Assembly (NCBI GenBank): GCA_010909165.1
Contig: VJWM01000117.1
Coordinates: 558,001-622,000, forward strand
DNA from: Anthoceros angustus
Lineage: Eukaryota; Plantae; Anthocerotophyta
DNA: 64,000 nt
Direction: 5' to 3'
Shown: positions 61,407 through 64,000 of the stretch, one piece after another
Position numbering within the stretch: position 1 is the first letter of the stretch
Layout of the letters: each line of letters starts with the position of its first letter
Translations under genes and position numbers: made by a program
Notes under the pieces: model-generated
What the model saw: the letters and a program-made list of their open reading frames with translations, nothing else
What the model was told of the DNA's origin: nothing
Database searches by the model: none

Positions 61407-63983
61407 ATGTCCACAGTATGGCAACCGGAACCGTTGTGGACCCAACAAAATGGTGTGTGCACAGGGAGTCTTCGGGGTGCTCCCGCCCACCTCACTGTAG
61501 GGAGTCAACCCCTTGCAAACGAAGCCTCCAGCTGGAGCAGTGGAAGGAGCCCAGCACTTCCACTTCCGACCAAATGTGTGGGTGGGTACTTGTTTCCCAG
61601 CGATGGTCGTCGCCAGGAGCAGGAGCACTGGTCGCAACAATTTTTCCTGGAACCTACCATGGGGTGGGACAACAGAGGAGATGAGCAGAGCTCCCGTTCG
61701 CTTGACACCCAGCGTAGGGGTTCCAGCGAGGTCCTGTGGTTAAACAACACGTTTAAGCCAGCTTGGGTTGATGAGGAGCTCGTATCCTTGGATACGCAGA
61801 TGGGTCATGGTGCGTATCCTTCTAAGTCGAGGTCTCCGGATAAGCCTGAACCTGGCAGGCGTGCAGGATCGGAAGAGGGCGTCATAACGGCTGAGACCGT
61901 GAGCATGTTATGTCAGCAGGGGAAGCTGTCTGAGGCCGTTGGAGCCCTGGAATCTCTGGCGCAGATAGACTCTGCTATTTCTCAGTCTCTGTTGTACACT
62001 GTGATAAAACTGTGTACAGCTAGAAAGAACATGGTTGTGGGGCGACGAGTTCATAACCTCACTGTGAAACTTGGGTACGAGTCGAATGCCTACCTGGGGA
62101 ACCATATCTTGCGCATGTATGCAGGTGGAGGTAGGCTGCAGGAGGCCATGGATGTGTTCACCAGGGTAGGGAAACCAAATGCCTTCATGTGGTTTTCCAT
62201 GATTTCTGCATATGCTAAGCATGGGAAGCCTAATGAGGCCATACAACTGTACCATAAGATCCGTAGGTCAGGAGTGATCGCGGATGCTCACGTCTTTGTA
62301 GCTGCCCTTCAAGCTTGTGCATTGGCCGCCGACTTGGAATCTGGCAGAAAAGTGCATTGTGATATATTGGACAGTGGCATTCCTATAAATCTGTTTGTTG
62401 GCACCTGCCTCGTAGACATGTATGCGAAATGTGGTGACTTGAAAGATGCACGCCAGGTTTTTGACAACATGGCGACAAAGAATGTGGTGATATGGAATGC
62501 CTTAATAGCTGGGTATGCACAGCAAGGGCTTAGCCATGAGGCACTTGTTGTGTACGGACAAATGGAGGAGGAGGGCCTGATTGTAGCTAACCAAGTTACT
62601 TTTGCTTGCCTTCTGAAAGCCTGTGCAAGCTCTGGTGCCTTACAGAAGGGCAGGCAGCTGCACTCTCAGATTGTTGAAAGAGGACTTATGGATGACATAC
62701 TGGTGGGCACCTGCCTGGTGGACATGTATGCAAAATGTGGTGAACTGGAAGATGCACGCCAGGTTTTTGACATATCCACAAAGGATGTGGTGACATGGAA
62801 TGCCCTGATATCTGGGTATGCACAGCAAGGACTCGGCCAAGAGGCACTTCTTCTGTATGAACAAATGGAGCAAGAGGCCCTCGTTTTGGCTGACGATGTT
62901 ACTTTTGTGTTTCTGAAGGCCTGCCTGTGCACTGGTGCCTTACAGAAGGGCAGGCAGCTGCACTGAGATTGTGGAGGACTGCTGGATAACATCGTGTTGG
63001 GCAACTGCCTGGTGGACATGTATGCAAAATGTGGTGAACTGGAATGACCAGGTTTTTGACAGCTTAACAAAGGATGTGGTGACATGGAATGCCCTGATAT
63101 CTGGGTATGGTACTTGTGATGATGGTCATAGAGCAATAGCTTGTTTTGAGGACATGTTAGTTGCCGGCATTCAGCCTGATGATGTTACTTTTACTTGCCT
63201 TCTAGTAGCATGCAGCCATGAGGGACTAGTCCAGGAGGGTCGCAAGCACTTTGATTCCATGGCTGAACAGCATGGCATCAAACCCACTTTTGAGCATTAC
63301 ATTTGCATGATTGACCTTCTTGGGCGTGCAGGGCATTTAGATGAGGCAGAGAAGATGCTCTTATCATGTGAGGGCCAAAGTAACGTTGTGGGCTTGACGG
63401 TGTTTTTAAATGCCTGCAAAAGTCATGGGGATCTAGGGAGGGCGAAGTGGTGTTTTGAAAGCATTGTGAGGCTGGACCCTCAGTGGGCGTCTGCGTATGT
63501 GCTCATGGCCAATGCCTACGCAGATGCAGGTAGGTGGACCGATGCAGAGAGGATTGAAATACAGAGAATGGTAGCAGGAGCCAATAAGAAACCTGCAGTG
63601 GCCACCATTGAGGTGAACGAGCAGGTTCATAGATTTCTGGTGGGTGAAAGACGAGAGGATATTGCACTTAAGGTAGCAAGCACAAATTCACGTCTGAAGC
63701 AGGAAGGAGGCCACGTACCTCTCACAAAGTTGGTGTTGAAGCCACTGGGTGAGAAGGAAAAGGAAGATGTGGGCATGCTGAGAAACTAGCTTTGGCTTTC
63801 GGTCTGTTGAACACTCCGAGTGGGACACCTCTAGTGGTGACGAAGAATCTACGCATGTGCGGTGATTGCCACAGTTCCACGGAGGTCATGTCAAGGCTTG
63901 AACAGAGAGACATTGTTGTAAGGGATGGGTACCGCGTCCATCGGTTCGCAAATGGTTGTTGCAGTTGTAAGGGTCGACCTTAG
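61407..63983 (+). CDS. Copy C: degenerate-PDF-PPR-E-DYW:KP (GRP); frameshifts near 62770, 62900-62965, ~63045 and a 7-bp deletion just before HAE
   Basis: 519-aa ORF runs from the ATG through QQFFLEPTMGWDNRGDEQSSRSLDTQRRGSSEVLWL into PLS repeats. The later pieces carry KKPAVATIEV and end KNLRMCGDCH...CSCKGRP*. Confidence 0.75.
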
Positions 63984-64000
63984 AGAATTATGAACTGGTC

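Noticed and set aside
58236-63789. Calling GRP copies B and C definite pseudogenes
   Set aside because: The lesions are almost all small deletions, many in homopolymers and confined to multi-copy sequence, which is the pattern of unpolished long-read error. Status cannot be decided from this sequence.
1-64000. tRNA, rRNA or organellar-insert sequence
   Set aside because: None recognised by eye; a covariance-model scan (tRNAscan-SE/Infernal) would be needed to exclude small ncRNAs.

Overview
Gene-dense eukaryotic nuclear DNA with short (~80-130 bp) GT-AG introns, from a non-seed land plant, most likely a hornwort. The taxon is an inference from the GRP-ending DYW:KP domains, a flagellar CFAP65-like gene and the compact architecture. 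About 16 protein-coding loci: CFAP65-like, NDB-type NAD(P)H dehydrogenase, IQD, IPK1, ATP synthase g, intronless PDI, TPR protein, aprataxin-like kinase+macro protein lacking HIT, short VAPYRIN-like, EEP, vicilin-like bicupin, and six PLS-class PPR genes (plus one PPR fragment). Two TE-rich intervals (11-18 kb, 31-35 kb) hold REL-endonuclease non-LTR retrotransposon remnants, a Ty3/gypsy remnant, two nested TIR elements with clear TSDs and a large imperfect inverted duplication. Main result: the 'PDF' ssDNA-binding motif of organellar OSB proteins (LW..FF..P..WWDNR..K..PR.PDF+.K...E.LW) is fused N-terminally to PPR editing-factor arrays at four loci. Three are a tandem cluster of PPR-DYW:KP (HAEK...GRP; U-to-C-type) genes at 54.9-64 kb. 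The fourth is a minus-strand PPR-E+ gene whose PDF exons (47.3-47.9 kb) I reconstructed by hand and which the ORF track misses. Caveat: small deletions, often in homopolymers, cluster in the duplicated segments and may be long-read consensus errors, so pseudogene calls there are provisional.
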